A stretch of 62,075 nucleotides of DNA, counting the filler, from Sphacelaria rigidula (taxonomy: Eukaryota): NCBI GenBank assembly GCA_964200075.2. It is 11 parts of 11 records of this genome, joined end to end, with 100 filler letters (N's around TTAATTAATTAA, not from the genome) between each part and the next. Parts side by side here need not be neighbours in the genome. Positions count along the whole stretch, not along the records: positions 56,525 to 62,075 come from CAXNAA020026393.1; 10 more parts are not named here. One strand, 5' to 3'. The first letter of the stretch is position 1; each line of letters starts with the position of its first letter. Of the stretch, positions 60,593-62,075 are shown in pieces. Made by a program: the position numbers and the translations under genes. The notes under the pieces are model-generated. The model was not told the DNA's origin and ran no database searches. It saw only the letters and a list, made by a program, of their open reading frames with translations.

Positions 60593-62075
60593 CGACACAA
60601 TCGAAAAGTCATGTATATTTTTTGTTGCCCTGAGGAAAAATTCACCCAAACAAGACGTTTTCATGCTAAAATAAAACCAAGTAGTTAGAAGGTTGCACGT
60701 TTCAAGCTCACGTCCTCGCACGAACGCGCAAACCTCCACGCAGTTATGAGAAGACCCTGAAACTTGGCATAAATGTGTTGTGGGTCATCACGCAAGTGTC
60801 GATGGACGTGGTTTCTTCACTCCTTGACTTTTTTACTGTTTTCCTTGGGTCCGACGGGATCCAAGTCGTTTTTCGATGAAGTCTTCATTCTGGGACCCCG
60901 GGAAACCGGCACTTCGATCTTTTTCATTGTTTCGCAAACGAGCTGTCACCGCACAACCCAGGGAAGGGTCCCACAAAGTTTCGTCGCCAAACTTGATTAA
61001 CTGATGCTTGAATTTTCATGTTTACGTCAAACACTGCCTTAAACATCATTTTCACACTAGAATCAAGTCGTGTGCGGTTTCACCGTGGCACGAAAAAGTT
61101 AATCGCACAAACGCGAAAAACTTCACGCCGTTTTTAGTCTTCAAGAGTTAGATATTTGACATGAATGTGCTTTGGGTCATTACCCAACTTTGGATGAACG
61201 TGCATATTTTATTTTATTTACCAGTTCACGGGGGGTTCAACTGGATCGAAGTTTCACCGAAAAAACTGGACCCTCGGAAAACGGCGGAGAAATCCAACTA
61301 GTATAAGTATTTCGACCATCGAAAGTTGCGTGATGACTCCCAGCACATGTTTGCAATATTTCAGGGTCGTAACTCCTTGAAATGGCGTGTTGCGTGTTAC
61401 ACCAAAAATTGCCATCCGCTATACATATATATATATATATATATATAGCGTTCGGGGTTCCATATGGTCTTGAGAATGCACCCTATCTCCGCACGGTATA
61501 GGAATTACTCGGCATGGCGTTCTATAAACGATAAAAAAAATGGCCCAGATTTTTTCAGCACATGGGCATCTTCTCGTTGATTAGACGGTTGATAAGATAT
61601 GACAGTGTTTTCGTGAGATTGGGAGTTGACCATTCGCATCTATTTGACCAATTTCTGATTCAACGCGGGATTTTACAAATTGGGCATGGATTCTTCATTG
61701 AGGATGAGAAACCTTAGATTTAAAATCTTCGTGTCCACACCAAATCTTCGAAATTTCGAAATATCGTTCCATTTCTTTACTTGCTGGTAGCCATTGACAA
61801 CTACTACACGCCATCCAATTTTGGATTTTGATAACCGAAATGTTGGGGTCCTATAATAGGTGGAAAATCATCGTTGGAGAATTTTGGCGATCTGATCGCA
61901 TCATCTAAATTCCACAAAATTGTTTCTTCGTATAGGACCCCAACATGTCGCTTATCAGGATCCAAATTTGTATGGCGTGTAGTACTTGTCAGTAACCACC
62001 AGTAAACAACAAATTGTGAGAATTGAGGTTTAACTTCGAGATGAGGCTCAAGCCTAAAACAGTGCTTTCCCCACA

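Overview
Eukaryotic, repeat-rich DNA, most consistent with a brown alga or related stramenopile. This is an inference from long GT-AG introns, TTAGGG repeats, a chromodomain Ty3/Gypsy element and CpG-rich repeats. The window is not one locus. It is 11 contigs of 5551-5553 bp, sorted by size and joined by artificial 100-nt spacers (N44-TTAATTAATTAA-N44), so neighbourhoods across spacers mean nothing. Contents: a decayed chromodomain Ty3/Gypsy LTR retrotransposon (contig 1); fragments of at least two LINE families; three SINE or SINE-like families; many MITEs (PIF/Harbinger-like, piggyBac-like, TGT..ACA Ginger-like, long-TIR); microsatellites; three spliced exons of a divergent TATA-binding-protein (TBP) paralogue (minus strand, 45833-49795); and one probable terminal exon of an unknown host gene. 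Best leads: (1) the TBP paralogue, with an intact DNA-binding face but a remodelled helix 2; (2) a LINE/SINE pair sharing about 75 nt of 3' end and ending in C-runs rather than poly(A); (3) a MITE family carrying telomeric TTAGGG repeats; (4) a nested-inverted array of about 42-bp repeats. No prokaryotic genes or CRISPR-Cas system were seen. All alignments were done by eye.
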